Assembly (NCBI GenBank): GCA_965228735.1
Contig: OZ245838.1
Span: forward strand, 2,208,001 to 2,272,000
DNA length: 64,000 nucleotides
Reading direction: 5' to 3'
Source of the DNA: Planctomycetota bacterium
Lineage (GTDB): Bacteria; Planctomycetota; UBA1135; UBA2386
Shown piece after piece: positions 1 through 11,009 of the stretch. Below the pieces are notes generated by a model that was not told the origin of the DNA, searched no databases, and saw only the letters and a list, made by a program, of their open reading frames with translations. Position 1 is the first letter of the stretch, and the number at the start of each line of letters is the position of its first letter. The translations under genes and the position numbers were made by a program.

Positions 1-1920
1 GAGGCCGTTCTCCTTCGCGGCGGTGATGCTCTGCGCCACGGCCAGCTGGGTCTTCTGCGCCGCAGGGAGCACGACCGTGCGCGCGATCGACAGCGCGCTC
101 TGCGCCTCGATCGCGATCGTGTTGCAGAACTTCTCGAACATGATGTTCATGCGCGAGACGGCCTCCTTGCTCGTGAGAACACTCGTGCGCTCGAACATCT
201 CGACGTTCTTCGGCGAGGCGAAGTGCTCGATGGCGTCGACGCAGTTGCGCAGGTTGGGCAACCCGCGACTCTCGGCCTCGGCGTGCCACGCCTCCGAGTA
301 GCCGTCACCGTTGAAGACGATGCGGTGGTGCTGCCGGAACAGGTCGCTCACGACCTGCTCGACCGCGGCCTCGAGCCCCTTCTCACCGCGCACCTTCTCG
401 ACCTCGTCACAGAAGTGGTTCAGCGAGTCGGCGATGATCGCGTTGAGCACGGCGTTCGGCTTGGCCACACCCTGGCTCGAACCGACGGCGCGGAACTCGA
501 ACTTGTTGCCCGTGAACGCGAACGGCGACGTGCGGTTGCGATCCGTCGCGTCGCGCGGCAGCGGCGGCAGCGCGCTCGCGCCGAGGTTCATGTCCTCGCC
601 CTTGTGCGCGCTGCCGGCGTTCGACCCGCCGATCATGTTCTCCACGATGTCCATGAGCTGCTCGCCGAGGTAGACGGACAGGATCGCGGGCGGCGCTTCG
701 TTCGCGCCGAGGCGATGGTCGTTGCCCGCATCGGCGATCGTGACTCGCAGCAGATCGGCGTGCACGTCGACGGCCCGCAGCACGGCAGCGAGCACGACGA
801 GGAACCGCGTGTTCTGCTCCGGTGACTGGCCCGGCTCGAGCAGGTTCTCGCCGGTGTCCGTCGCCATCGCCCAGTTGTTGTGCTTGCCCGAGCCGTTGAT
901 GCCGGCGTAGGGCTTCTCGTGCAGCAGGCACTCGAAGCCATGGCGCGCGGCCACCTGCTTCAGCACCTCCATCGTGAGCATGTTGTGGTCCGCGGCGACC
1001 GTCGTGCGCTCGAAGATCGGCGCGACCTCGAACTGACTCGGCGCGACCTCGTTGTGCCGCGTCTTGATCGGCACGCCGAGCTTCCACAGCACGAGCTCGG
1101 CCTCGTGCATGAACGCGAGCACCCGCGGCTTGATCGCCCCGAAATAGTGATCGTCGAGCTCCTGCCCCTTCGGCGGCCGCGCCCCGAAGACGGTGCGCCC
1201 CGTGGCGACGAGGTCGGGCCGCAACATGAACAGGTCGCGGTCGATCAGGAAATACTCCTGCTCGCAACCGAGCGTCGGATACACGAAGCCGACCTTGTCG
1301 TCACCGAGCAGCCGCAGCATCCGCATCGCCGCGCGGTTCAGCGTGTCCGCCGAACGCAGCAGCGGCGTCTTCTCGTCGAGCGCCTCGCCGGTCCACGAAC
1401 AGAACGCCGTCGGGATGCACAGCGTCGCCCCATTGGTCGTCTCGCGAATGAACGCCGGTGACGTCGGATCCCACGCGGTGTAGCCACGAGCCTCGAACGT
1501 CGCGCGCAGACCGCCGCTCGGGAACGAGCTCGCGTCGGGCTCGCCCTTGATCAGCGCCTTGCCGCTGAACTCCATCAGCAGGCGGCCGTTCTCGATCGTC
1601 GCGAAGCTGTCGTGCTTCTCCGCCGTCGAGCCCGTCATCGGCTGGAACCAGTGCGTGAAGTGCGTTGCGCCGCGTTCGACGGCCCACTCCTTCATCGCGG
1701 CAGCGACCTGATCCGCGAGCGCGCCCTCGAGTTCCTTGCCGTGCTCCATGCACTGACGCAGCGCGTCGTAGGCCGACTCCGGCAAGCGCGACCGCATCTG
1801 GTCGAGGCCGAAGACATTGGCCCCGAACAGCTCGGGCAGTTGCGTGCGCGAATCGATGTCGATCGGCACGGGGCGTTTCTTGGCAATGGATCGAATGGCC
1901 GCGGAGCGCTGCGACGTCAA
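1..1920 (-). CDS. glnA: Glutamine synthetase type III; 3' end runs off the window start, so it is absent from the ORF track
   Basis: Manual translation: TTG at 1920 with AGGAGG upstream, then ...ELFGANVFG...[34 protein letters not shown]...[26 protein letters not shown]...EQEYFL...HNEVAP...[17 protein letters not shown]...[11 protein letters not shown]...[21 protein letters not shown]. These are diagnostic GSIII motifs. Confidence 0.95.
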   Translation of the reverse strand, partial: MTSQRSAAIRSIAKKRPVPIDIDSRTQLPELFGANVFGLDQMRSRLPESAYDALRQCMEHGKELEGALADQVAAAMKEWAVERGATHFTHWFQPMTGSTAEKHDSFATIENGRLLMEFSGKALIKGEPDASSFPSGGLRATFEARGYTAWDPTSPAFIRETTNGATLCIPTAFCSWTGEALDEKTPLLRSADTLNRAAMRMLRLLGDDKVGFVYPTLGCEQEYFLIDRDLFMLRPDLVATGRTVFGARPPKGQELDDHYFGAIKPRVLAFMHEAELVLWKLGVPIKTRHNEVAPSQFEVAPIFERTTVAADHNMLTMEVLKQVAARHGFECLLHEKPYAGINGSGKHNNWAMATDTGENLLEPGQSPEQNTRFLVVLAAVLRAVDVHADLLRVTIADAGNDHRLGANEAPPAILSVYLGEQLMDIVENMIGGSNAGSAHKGEDMNLGASALPPLPRDATDRNRTSPFAFTGNKFEFRAVGSSQGVAKPNAVLNAIIADSLNHFCDEVEKVRGEKGLEAAVEQVVSDLFRQHHRIVFNGDGYSEAWHAEAESRGLPNLRNCVDAIEHFASPKNVEMFERTSVLTSKEAVSRMNIMFEKFCNTIAIEAQSALSIARTVVLPAAQKTQLAVAQSITAAKENGL

Positions 1921-2152
1921 GTTCTGTCCTCCTGCGTCTGACTACAGTGAATCTTCGCCGCCCGGCGGAACGAACCGTTCCAGAAATCCGAACGGGAAAG
2001 ACGGCGCGGTGACGGTACCTTGGCCGGTCGGCGAAAGCACGGAAGCTCTGCCGTGGTCGTCGGTGGGTCTCCGAGGTCGTTGCGCGCAGCCCACGGCCCG
2101 ACCCCGAGTTGACGACACCACTGCCGGCCCCAGAATCGTTTTCCACATCGTC

Positions 2153-3616
2153 GTGATCGACCCTCACAACATCCTGGCCGGCGCGATCCTCCTGCTGCTG
2201 CCCGGGTGCCTCCTCGAGCCGCCGCCGGCGCCGCCGCCGATCGTCACGGTCGCGGTCGACTACGAGCTGCGCGACCCGCAGCGCGATCCGCTGCCGGTAG
2301 GCGCTGGGGCCAGCGGTAACGAGTCCGGGCCAGAGCCCGTGCACGTGCGCGCCAGCCTGCATTGGCTGGGGTCCGCGACCGGCGCGGCGACCCCGACGCA
2401 GGACGCCGCGGTCAGCCCGCCCTTCGGCGAGCCGCTCGATACCCGCATCGAGACGGTTTTGTCGCGGCGCGGCGAACCGTTCCGCGCGGGCACGACGCTG
2501 CTGCGCGGCCTCTGGCTCGCGCCCGAGGCGGGCATCGAACTCGGACCGATCGCGAGCTCGGCGACCGCCACGGTCGCGCAGTCGTTCGCCGCGGTGCTGC
2601 ACTTCCCCGGTGCGGCGCTGCCCGAACTGCTCGTGCTGCGGGACGTCGCGGGCCTCCGCATCGCGGTGCGCGCGACCAGCGCAGCGCGCGCCAACGCCGA
2701 GCACGACGCCCCCGAACGCCTGGCGGCAGCGGAGCGCCACGACCTGGCAGCGGACGCCCCCGAGGAGCTCGCCCGGCTGCGGCCGTTCGATCTCGCCGCG
2801 GGCGAGGCGCTGACCATCGTTCGACCCGCCCTCGCGCGCCCGGGCGAGCGGCCGATCCCGCCGCTCGCGCTCGTGCTCGAACTCACCGGGCCCGCTCCGA
2901 CCACCGCCGTGCGCGCCGTCGACGACCGGCTCGCCGAACGCGCGGCCAACCCCACGACACCGCCACCCGTGATCGCGCAGAGCGAGCTTGCGCGCACCGC
3001 GATCGGCGCCCGCCCGCGGCGCGGGGCCCTGATGGCACTCACCGCGCGCTACGACCTGGACCACTGCCTCGACATCCTGCTCTGCGTCGGGGAACGCGAC
3101 CTGATCGCGCTGTCCGACGGCATGCCCGACCTGCCACGCGCCACGTCCGTCGCGCTCGATCCGGCGTTGCCGGCGCCGGCTTCGACCGCGGCCGAATCGA
3201 GTGACCGGCCGGCACCGCGGCCGACCCGAGCCGAGAACGCGTGGCGGATCGAGCAGGCGTTCTTCACCGCGCTGCTGCCGCGGCTGCAGCGCGGTGAGCT
3301 GCCGCCGCAAGCCGTCACGGCCATGCGGCGTCACCTCGGCGTCGTCGCGATCGATCCGACGGCGCTGGAGTTCGCGCTCGCGACGAGCCCGGACCACGTG
3401 GCCTTCCGAGCGGCGGTCCGCACCGAGAACGAACGCGGGCTCGCGGACCGGCGCGCGCGCAATCGCCTGCTCGCACAGGATTGGCTCGCCGGCCGCGGCA
3501 TCACGGTGCCGGGCTTCGACCCGCTCGCGCCCCGGGCCACCCGCAAGGCGGCGCTGCACGCGTTCCGCCGCGCACGCGCCGCGGCGACCGAATCGTCGAT
3601 GGAGGGCGGCCGATGA
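2153..3616 (+). CDS. Putative lipoprotein of unknown function (~487 aa)
   Basis: Lies within ORF 1817..3616. A GTG at 2153 gives a hydrophobic signal with lipobox (ILAGAILLLLPG-C). The stop overlaps the next ATG (ATGA at 3613-3616). Start is uncertain. Confidence 0.65.
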   Translation: MIDPHNILAGAILLLLPGCLLEPPPAPPPIVTVAVDYELRDPQRDPLPVGAGASGNESGPEPVHVRASLHWLGSATGAATPTQDAAVSPPFGEPLDTRIETVLSRRGEPFRAGTTLLRGLWLAPEAGIELGPIASSATATVAQSFAAVLHFPGAALPELLVLRDVAGLRIAVRATSAARANAEHDAPERLAAAERHDLAADAPEELARLRPFDLAAGEALTIVRPALARPGERPIPPLALVLELTGPAPTTAVRAVDDRLAERAANPTTPPPVIAQSELARTAIGARPRRGALMALTARYDLDHCLDILLCVGERDLIALSDGMPDLPRATSVALDPALPAPASTAAESSDRPAPRPTRAENAWRIEQAFFTALLPRLQRGELPPQAVTAMRRHLGVVAIDPTALEFALATSPDHVAFRAAVRTENERGLADRRARNRLLAQDWLAGRGITVPGFDPLAPRATRKAALHAFRRARAAATESSMEGGR

Positions 3617-6600
3617 CCGCCGCGCCCGACTCCGGCCCCGGGCCCGAACGCCGCGGCGGCCCGCAGCCCCCGACTCCAGCGGAAGCGACTCCGGCCGAGG
3701 GCGCCGGCGATTCCACGGCGACGAACGCCGACCAGCGCAAGCCGCGCAAGCGCCGCCGCTGGCGCCGGCTCTTCGCCTGGTTGCTCGCGGTGACCGTCAT
3801 CGCCCGCATCGTGCTCGGCATCTTCCTGCCGGACCTCGTCGCCTACGGCGTCACGTTCGCGGGCCTCGCGGGCCGCTGCGCCAACGCGGAGCTGTCGCTG
3901 CTCGGCGGCTCGGTGCGACTGCAGGGTCTCGAGCTGCACGATCCGGACGACCCCGAACACGGCCCCCGCCTGACGTTGCTGGAACTCGGCGCCGACGTCT
4001 CGACCTGGCAGCTGCTGCAGGGTGACATCGTCATCGACGACGCGGTGCTGCGGAGCGCGCAGCTCGTGCTGCACCGGCGAGCGGATCGGTCGTTCGTGCT
4101 GCCGGCCGCATGGACCGCGCCGAGCCCCGAACCCGAGCCGGAACCCGAGTCCGAGCCCGAGGCAGGGCCGATGTCGACCGAGCTGCCGCTCCGCATCGCG
4201 ACGGCGCGGATCCACGACCTGCGCCTGCGCATCGTCGAGCTCGACGGCCGGCGCGCGCCGATCGACGTCGTGCTCGATCTCGATATCGACGACGTCGGCA
4301 GCCGCGACGTGCCCGGTCATCTCGAGCTGCGACTCGCGGCCGACGGGGTCGCCGACCGCGTCGTGATCGGGGCGCAGTTCGACACGCCGGGCAAGGACGC
4401 CGAGGGCGGCGGCGGCGGCATCCGGGTCGACTCGACGATCCTCGCGCACGGCCTCGACCTGGCGCCGCTCGTGCCCGCTGCGGAACAGCTCGGTGTCATC
4501 GACGTCGAGCTCGCGGCCAAGATCGCGCTGCTGCCCGATCCCGCGGTGCCGGATGGCGCGCGGCTGCAGACCACGCTCGAACTGCACGACTCCCCGGCGA
4601 TCGCACGCACGCTGACGGCCGATGTCGGCGCCACGTTCGACGCCGCGGGCGGCATGGACTGCAGCGCGGCGATCGACGCGACGGGCATCGTTCTCGAGCC
4701 GCTGGCGGAGTTGCTGCGCGCCAGCGGCGTGACGTTCGTCGAGGACGGGATCGACGCTTCGGCCCGCGCGAGCGCCAGACTGCCCGGCGCGGATCCCGAG
4801 GCCGCGACGCCGGCCGGGATGGACCTGCGCGTGCACGACGTTCGCGTCGGCACGGGCGACGACGTGATCACGCTCACGGATCTCACCGTCGAACAGCTGC
4901 GGCAGACCGGGGACGGCCTGCACATCGCCGCGGTGCGAGCCGTTGGGCCGACCGCGAGCGCGGCGCAGCGACCCGACGGCAGCCTGGCGATCGCCGGCAT
5001 CCGATTCGGAGCCGCTGCGACCCCGACCGGGGCAGGAACCGGTGTCGCGCCGACGTCCGAACCGGCTGGGCCGGTTGCTGAACCGGCTGGGCCGGTTGCT
5101 GAACCGGCGGCGGATCCGGCCGCGGATCCGGCTGCTGGGCCGGCGGCGACGGGGGCGGCGCTGCCGACGATCATTCTCGACGAGCTGGACTGGCGTTCCG
5201 CGACGCTGGCGCTCCTCGATCAACGCCAGCCGGACGCCGAGCCGTTGACGGTCGAGGTGCAGACCCTGACGGGCCAGGGCCTCGCGTGTGCCTGCGACCG
5301 CGACGAAGGCACCGCCAACCTGCACGTTCGCGTGCCGGGCATCGCGGACGCGTTGCGGGTCCAGCTGCAGGTCACGCCGCAGGCCGGTGGCGCCCACGTC
5401 GAGGGCGATATCGAACTCGAGGACCTCACGACGACGGGGCTCGCGCGGTGGCTCGCGCCGCTCGGCATCGAGCCGACCTTCGCGACCGCGCAACTGCGCA
5501 CCGACCTCGTGGCCGACATCGGCGGCGCGGGCGAGAACGCGAGCGCGTCCGGTCGCATCGCCAACCTGCGCTTCACGACCGGCGACGATCTGCTGCTCGG
5601 GCTGAAGAACCTCGAACTCGACGACCTGCGGCTGCACCACGAGGGTCTGAAGTTCGCCAGCGTGAGCGCAGCGGAGCCCATCGTGCGCATCGAACGGTCC
5701 AACGCGGCGATGACGGTCGCGGGGCTGCGATTCGGGCGACCATCCGCGGCTCCGGCGCACACGACGCCGCCCGCCACGCCGCAGCCCGCAACTCCGAAGC
5801 CCGGGGCGCCAGCCGGCCCGGCGCGACCGCTCGTGCTCGACACGGGCCCGATCACGCTGGAACGCGCGACGGTGCACCTGCACGACACCGGCCCGAACCC
5901 GCGCACGAGCACCATCGGGGTCGATCTCGAACTCGGCGCGATCGCGGGCACCGGACTCGCGGCGTTCGCGCAGCCCGTGCCGTTCGCCCTGACCGTGCAC
6001 CTCGACGAACGGGTCGAGGCGCTCGGCCTGCGCGGCCAGCTCGCCCGCACGCAGGATCAGCTCACCGTGTCGGGGACGCTCGATGGCACCGGCATTCGCG
6101 GCACCGCGCTCACGCGCCTGCTGCCGGACGGCATGCGGTCGCCGCTCGCGAACGGCCGCATCGGCGCCGAGCTCGAGGTGCACATCGCCCCCGGAATGAG
6201 CGCGCTCGACGTCGCGGTGCGCGAGTTCGCGCTGCACGACGGTGACGAAGAGCTGGCGGCGATCGACCGGATCGAGTTCGTCGCGCCGCAGCTCGGCAGC
6301 GACACGGTTCACATCGAGAAGGCCGTCGTGGCCGGGGTGCGCGCCAAGGTCGAGAAGTCCGCGGCCGGGCTGCTCGTGCCGGGCCTGCTCATCGCGGACG
6401 CCGCCGCACCCGTGGACGGCGAACCCGCGCAACCGAACGCGCCGAGTCCGAACGCGCCGAGTCCGGCCGAGGCCGCCCCGACGTCGACCGAACCCGCGAC
6501 CGTCCCGCCGCCGATCAGCGTGCCGACGACGCGTGCACCCGGCGCCGGCCTGCCCGCGCTGCGCATCGACGAGCTCGCGGTCGCGCTCGACGAACTCGTG

Positions 6601-8655
6601 TGGCACGACCGGACGGTCGCCGGCTCCGAGCCGCTGCGGACCGCGTTGCGCATCGAGCTGGCGGCGCCCTGGCGCACCGCCGAGGAGCTCGACGAGACCG
6701 CGCCGCTCGAGCTGCGCATCCGCGGCGGCGCGGCCCCGATCGTCTCGGAGATCGCGCTCGACCTGCTGCTCGAACCGTTCGCCCTGGCGCCCGTGTTCGA
6801 CGCCAAACTCACGATCGACGGGATCGACACGACGGCGATCGAGCAGATCGCGCCGGCGATGCGCGAGACGCTGACCGGCACGGAGACCGGGGCGCGGCTG
6901 ACGCTGCACACGCACGCCGAGATCGACCTGGCGCGCACCGACCCGACGCAGTTCGACCTGTCGCGGCCGTTCGGCGGCGCGGTCCTGGTCGAGGACCTCG
7001 AGTTCACCGCGACGGACGGCGAGCCGCTGATCCGGGTGCCCGCGCTCGACGTGACGCTGCGCGCATTCGACCCGCGCACGGGTGACGTGCTGCTGCGCAG
7101 CGTCGACCTCGACGCGCCGCACGTCGTCGTGCATCAGGGCAAGGACGGCCTGCAGGTTGCCGGTGTCACGCTGCGCCCTTCCCCGGCCGCCCCCGCCGGC
7201 GGCGAACCCGCGGCCGAGGCCCCCACACCGCGCACGGCTGCGGAGCTCGACGCCGAACGGCGCCGCGGCCCCGCGCCGGAGTTCGCCGTCGACGACTTCA
7301 GCCTGTTCGGCCTGAGCGTGCGCTTCACGGACGACACGACGGACCCGCCGACGCTCGTCCCGATCGACGAGCTCGACGTCTCCCTGCGGCGCTTCTCGAC
7401 GCGGACGCTGACCGAGTCACGGCAGTTCGCGTTCGACGTGACGCTGCGCGGCGGCGACGTGCCGCTCGAGAAGCGCGTCGCCGCGAGCTCGGTGCTGTCG
7501 GGCATCGTCGGTTCGACCGCCGATCTCGTCACGTTCCGGAACGACGAACACGCGATCGAGCAACGCTCGTTCGTCGACGAGATCCTCATCGACGGTTACC
7601 TGCAGCTCCACCCGATGCCGCTCGGCCACGTGACGACCGTCGTGCACGGCTTCGAGCTGCAGACGCTGCGCGGCCTCGCCAAGCCTTCGGGCGTCGACAT
7701 CGCCGACGGCCTCTTCGACGCCAGGATCGACGCGGAGCTCACCCAGCGCGGCACGCGCATCGAGAGCCAGAAGACATTCACGTTCTTGCAGGTCTCGGAA
7801 CCGCCGGGCGGACCGATCTCGACCTACCTCAAGCTGCCGGCCCCGCTCGATGTCGTGCTGTTCATCCTGCGCAACGACAACGGCGAGCAGCGGCTGCCGA
7901 TGCAGCTCGAGGTGCCGCGCACGGGCGACCTCTTCGGTGGCATCGCGACCGCCGCGGTCGAGACGCTGACGCTGCTCATCGGCGACGCGATCGGCAGCTC
8001 GCCGTATCGCGCGGCCCGCACGCTGACGGACATCTTCGGCATCACGGGGCAGGACGCGATCGACGCGACGCCGGCGGCGCTCGAGTTCGCGCCCGGCAGC
8101 GCGACCACCGTGTTCGAGCCGCTCGCGAAGTTGCTCACGGCATACGGCGACGACCCGACCGTCAGCTTCGTCATCACGCACGAGCTCGGCCAGCAGGACT
8201 ACGACCGGGTCGCAGAACTCAGCAACCCCGACCGCGCGCTCGCCGAGCAGAGCGTGGCCCGCCTGCAGCTCGAGCGGCAGAACCTGCGGGACGAACGGAC
8301 CCGCATCGCGCCCGAGGTCACGGCCCGCCTGCTCGCCGGCCAGGAGCCTGCGGCGCGCCGAAAGATCGAGCGCCTGCGGGAGATCGACGCGGAGCTCGCG
8401 GCCATCACCGCGGCGCTCGACGCCGCGGCGACGCTGTTCGACGGCTCGTCCGACCGGCACCAGAAGCGGCGCGCGCGACGGGCCGCGATCGAGCTCGGCG
8501 AGCTCCGCATCGCCACGGTCCGCGCCGAACTCGAGGCCCGTCTCGGCCCCGGCATCGGCGACCGCCTGCAGATCCGCCGGCCGCGCGGGGTCATCGCCGC
8601 CGACCGACCCGAGGGCGGTCGGGTGACCCTCGTTCCGCGCCGCGCGAACCACTGA
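3613..8655 (+). CDS. Large DUF748/AsmA-like envelope protein with an OmpA-like, coiled-coil C-terminus (1680 aa)
   Basis: ATG at 3613 preceded by GGAGG. Basic stretch plus N-terminal TM helix (RKRRRWRRLFAWLLAVTVIARIVLG). LSLLGGSVRLQGLEL and repeated amphipathic beta segments (IDELAV, VDDFSLFGLSVRFTD) separated by Pro/Ala linkers. C-terminal LPAPLDVVLFILRNDNGEQRLPMQL and LEFAPGS...LGELRIATVR resemble DUF748 proteins. Confidence 0.75.
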   Translation: MTAAPDSGPGPERRGGPQPPTPAEATPAEGAGDSTATNADQRKPRKRRRWRRLFAWLLAVTVIARIVLGIFLPDLVAYGVTFAGLAGRCANAELSLLGGSVRLQGLELHDPDDPEHGPRLTLLELGADVSTWQLLQGDIVIDDAVLRSAQLVLHRRADRSFVLPAAWTAPSPEPEPEPESEPEAGPMSTELPLRIATARIHDLRLRIVELDGRRAPIDVVLDLDIDDVGSRDVPGHLELRLAADGVADRVVIGAQFDTPGKDAEGGGGGIRVDSTILAHGLDLAPLVPAAEQLGVIDVELAAKIALLPDPAVPDGARLQTTLELHDSPAIARTLTADVGATFDAAGGMDCSAAIDATGIVLEPLAELLRASGVTFVEDGIDASARASARLPGADPEAATPAGMDLRVHDVRVGTGDDVITLTDLTVEQLRQTGDGLHIAAVRAVGPTASAAQRPDGSLAIAGIRFGAAATPTGAGTGVAPTSEPAGPVAEPAGPVAEPAADPAADPAAGPAATGAALPTIILDELDWRSATLALLDQRQPDAEPLTVEVQTLTGQGLACACDRDEGTANLHVRVPGIADALRVQLQVTPQAGGAHVEGDIELEDLTTTGLARWLAPLGIEPTFATAQLRTDLVADIGGAGENASASGRIANLRFTTGDDLLLGLKNLELDDLRLHHEGLKFASVSAAEPIVRIERSNAAMTVAGLRFGRPSAAPAHTTPPATPQPATPKPGAPAGPARPLVLDTGPITLERATVHLHDTGPNPRTSTIGVDLELGAIAGTGLAAFAQPVPFALTVHLDERVEALGLRGQLARTQDQLTVSGTLDGTGIRGTALTRLLPDGMRSPLANGRIGAELEVHIAPGMSALDVAVREFALHDGDEELAAIDRIEFVAPQLGSDTVHIEKAVVAGVRAKVEKSAAGLLVPGLLIADAAAPVDGEPAQPNAPSPNAPSPAEAAPTSTEPATVPPPISVPTTRAPGAGLPALRIDELAVALDELVWHDRTVAGSEPLRTALRIELAAPWRTAEELDETAPLELRIRGGAAPIVSEIALDLLLEPFALAPVFDAKLTIDGIDTTAIEQIAPAMRETLTGTETGARLTLHTHAEIDLARTDPTQFDLSRPFGGAVLVEDLEFTATDGEPLIRVPALDVTLRAFDPRTGDVLLRSVDLDAPHVVVHQGKDGLQVAGVTLRPSPAAPAGGEPAAEAPTPRTAAELDAERRRGPAPEFAVDDFSLFGLSVRFTDDTTDPPTLVPIDELDVSLRRFSTRTLTESRQFAFDVTLRGGDVPLEKRVAASSVLSGIVGSTADLVTFRNDEHAIEQRSFVDEILIDGYLQLHPMPLGHVTTVVHGFELQTLRGLAKPSGVDIADGLFDARIDAELTQRGTRIESQKTFTFLQVSEPPGGPISTYLKLPAPLDVVLFILRNDNGEQRLPMQLEVPRTGDLFGGIATAAVETLTLLIGDAIGSSPYRAARTLTDIFGITGQDAIDATPAALEFAPGSATTVFEPLAKLLTAYGDDPTVSFVITHELGQQDYDRVAELSNPDRALAEQSVARLQLERQNLRDERTRIAPEVTARLLAGQEPAARRKIERLREIDAELAAITAALDAAATLFDGSSDRHQKRRARRAAIELGELRIATVRAELEARLGPGIGDRLQIRRPRGVIAADRPEGGRVTLVPRRANH
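5059..5108 (+). repeat. 21-bp in-frame tandem repeat (EPAGPVA x2 plus partial) in a linker of the DUF748-like gene
   Basis: GAACCGGCTGGGCCGGTTGCT at 5059-5079 and 5080-5100, then a partial copy from 5101. Confidence 0.9.
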
Positions 8656-8890
8656 GCGGATCCTCGCAACCGGCCTTCCGGCTACAGGTTAGACGACTCC
8701 AGGTCCGATGACACCGAACCGCCGGCGCAACGGCCGCGGGCTCCGGGACGAACCTCGGCGCCGGGCGTCCCCGGCGCCCGGCGCGGAGACAACGTTAGTA
8801 CCGTCCCCGGGTGGTCGCCCGCGCCGGATTCCCGTTCAATACCGGCAGTTGCGGACCGCTCTGGCCTGCCACGCCCCGTCCGAGAACGAC

Positions 8891-10990
8891 ATGACCCGAT
8901 CCCGAACCAGCTTCCGTCTCACCGCGTCCGCGCTGATGGTCTGCTTCGCAGCCCCGCTCGCGGCGCAGACCAGCACCGTGAATCCGCAGGCACCGAAGCG
9001 CTCGGTCGACCGGGTGATCCCGGACGCCGAGATCGACCGGCACGCGCAGCGGATCGACCGGCTGCTCGAGGGGGGCCTGCGCCGCCACCAGCAGGAACCC
9101 AACGCGGTCGTCGACGACGCGACGTTCTTGCGCCGTTCCTACCTGACCATCGTCGGCCGGATCCCGACGCTGCAGGAGACCGAGGCGTTCCTCGCGGACC
9201 AGGCCCCGGACAAGCGCGCCCAGCTGACCGACGGCCTGCTCGACTCGGCCGGCCGAACGAGCCACTTCGCAAACTGGTGGTTCGACATCCTGCGCGTGCG
9301 GTCGCGCAGCCGCAGGCTCAGCGGCGAGCCGTTCGCGCACTACATCCGCGAGTCGATCCAGAGCGACAAGCCGTACGACGAGTTCGTGCGCGAGATGGTC
9401 ACGGCGACGGGCGCCGCGCACCAGCGGGGCAACGGCGCGACGGGTCTGCTGATGCGCGACATGAACATGCCGCACGACTCGATGGCCAACACGCTGCGCG
9501 TGTTCACCGGGACCCGCCTCGAGTGTGCGCAGTGTCACAACCACCCGCACGACATCTGGACGCAGCAGGATTTCTACGGCATGGCCGCGTTCTTCGGCGG
9601 CATCCGCTACCGCGACGACGAGCGGCTCATGCAGCTGCGCGGCGCGCGTGAGAAGCTGCGCGGCACGACGAGCGATCGCACGCGCAACATCGCGCGCCAG
9701 CTCACGCAGACCCTGCTCTACGGCGTGAGCGGCAACGGCTCGGGTCAGGAGAAGCTGCCGCGCGACTACGCCTACGACGACGCGCGCCCCGGCGAGGCGG
9801 TCGTCGCCAACACGATCTTCGGCGCCAACGTCCGGCTCAAGAAGCCGTCGCGCAGCGCCGAGCGGCGACTGCGCCAGCGTGCGAGGCGCCGCGGCGAGCG
9901 TTTCGATGGCGCGGTCGACTCGCGCGGCGCGTTCGGCGACTGGCTGACCGACGACAAGAACCCGATGTTCGCCAAGGTCATCGCCAACCGGATGTGGGCG
10001 CGCACGTTCGGCCGGGGCCTCGTCGAGCCGATCGACGACTGGAAGAAAGACACGAAGGCCGTCCACCCGAAACTCCTCGATCACCTCGAGGACCTCGTCG
10101 TGGATCTGAACTTCGATCTGCGCCAGTTCGAGCGCGTGCTCGTCCGGACGCAGCTGTTCCAGCGCGAGTGCCCGGATCACGATCCGGCGGCGGACCAGCC
10201 GTACACGTTCCCCGGCCCGGTCGTGCGCCGCATGACCGCCGAACAGATGTGGGACTCCCTGCTGACGCTGGTCTACGCCGACATCGACGAGCGCCTGCGC
10301 CCGATGGATGCCCGCGCCAAGCCGGTCTACGACTCGTTCGAGCAGCTCGCCGACGCGTCGATCGACGACATCCTCGAGATGGCCGAGAAGCGCATGAGCC
10401 CGGGCCGCATGATGCGGCAGGCGATGAACGACCGGCAGGCGCAGGCGAAGCAGGCCGCGGTCAACGACGCCAAGCTGCGCAAGCGCGCGCGGCCGCTGCT
10501 GCGTGAGCTCGCCATGGCCCGCCGCGAGGGCGACCAGGAGCGCGTGCGGGAGATCGCCGAGAAGCTCGAGACCATGGGCGTGCCGCTCGGGCGGCGCGCC
10601 GCGAAGGGCAACGAACGCGGCATGATCCGCGCGAGCGATCTCGAGCAGCCGGCCCCGCTGGGCCATCTGCTGCGGCAGTTCGGCCAGAGTGACCGTGAGA
10701 CGATCGAGGCGAGCAACGCCGACGCGACGGTGCCGCAGGTGCTGACGCTGTTGAACGGCTTCCTCGACGACAAGGTGATCCGCGGCCAATCGGCGCTGGC
10801 GAGCAACCTGCTCACGGCCGTCGACGGGCGGCGGCGCGTCGAGGTCGCGTTCCTCACGACCCTGAACCGCAAGCCGACCGACGAGGAGACCCGCGCCTGG
10901 CGGCGCACGATCGCCATCCACGGCAAGGACGCGATCAGCGACCTGGTCTGGGTGCTCTGCAACACCAACGAGTTCCGCTTCGTGCGCTGA
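8891..10990 (+). CDS. DUF1549/DUF1553 (PSCyt2/PSD1) planctomycete protein
   Basis: Signal peptide MTRSRTSFRLTASALMVCFAAPLAAQ. Motifs DDATFLRRSYLTIVGRIPT, DKPYDEFVREM, CAQCHNHP (CxxCH), NPMFAKVIANRMWARTFGRGLVEP, C-terminal LVWVLCNTNEF. Confidence 0.92.
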   Translation: MTRSRTSFRLTASALMVCFAAPLAAQTSTVNPQAPKRSVDRVIPDAEIDRHAQRIDRLLEGGLRRHQQEPNAVVDDATFLRRSYLTIVGRIPTLQETEAFLADQAPDKRAQLTDGLLDSAGRTSHFANWWFDILRVRSRSRRLSGEPFAHYIRESIQSDKPYDEFVREMVTATGAAHQRGNGATGLLMRDMNMPHDSMANTLRVFTGTRLECAQCHNHPHDIWTQQDFYGMAAFFGGIRYRDDERLMQLRGAREKLRGTTSDRTRNIARQLTQTLLYGVSGNGSGQEKLPRDYAYDDARPGEAVVANTIFGANVRLKKPSRSAERRLRQRARRRGERFDGAVDSRGAFGDWLTDDKNPMFAKVIANRMWARTFGRGLVEPIDDWKKDTKAVHPKLLDHLEDLVVDLNFDLRQFERVLVRTQLFQRECPDHDPAADQPYTFPGPVVRRMTAEQMWDSLLTLVYADIDERLRPMDARAKPVYDSFEQLADASIDDILEMAEKRMSPGRMMRQAMNDRQAQAKQAAVNDAKLRKRARPLLRELAMARREGDQERVREIAEKLETMGVPLGRRAAKGNERGMIRASDLEQPAPLGHLLRQFGQSDRETIEASNADATVPQVLTLLNGFLDDKVIRGQSALASNLLTAVDGRRRVEVAFLTTLNRKPTDEETRAWRRTIAIHGKDAISDLVWVLCNTNEFRFVR

Positions 10991-11009
10991 CAATCGGAGA
11001 CGACCAACG

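Noticed and set aside
3331..7134. 1267-aa minus-strand ORF, and similar long ORFs at 1301..3559, 8795..11152, 18409..21906, 32183..35992, 40913..44797, 46357..49275, 50626..54645 and 54374..57481
   Set aside because: Antisense shadows of well-supported genes: Arg/Ala/Gly-rich, no motifs, and expected in high-GC DNA with few stop codons.
8758..8784. 10-bp GC inverted repeat as an intrinsic terminator
   Set aside because: No U-tract, and GC-only stems arise readily by chance at this composition.
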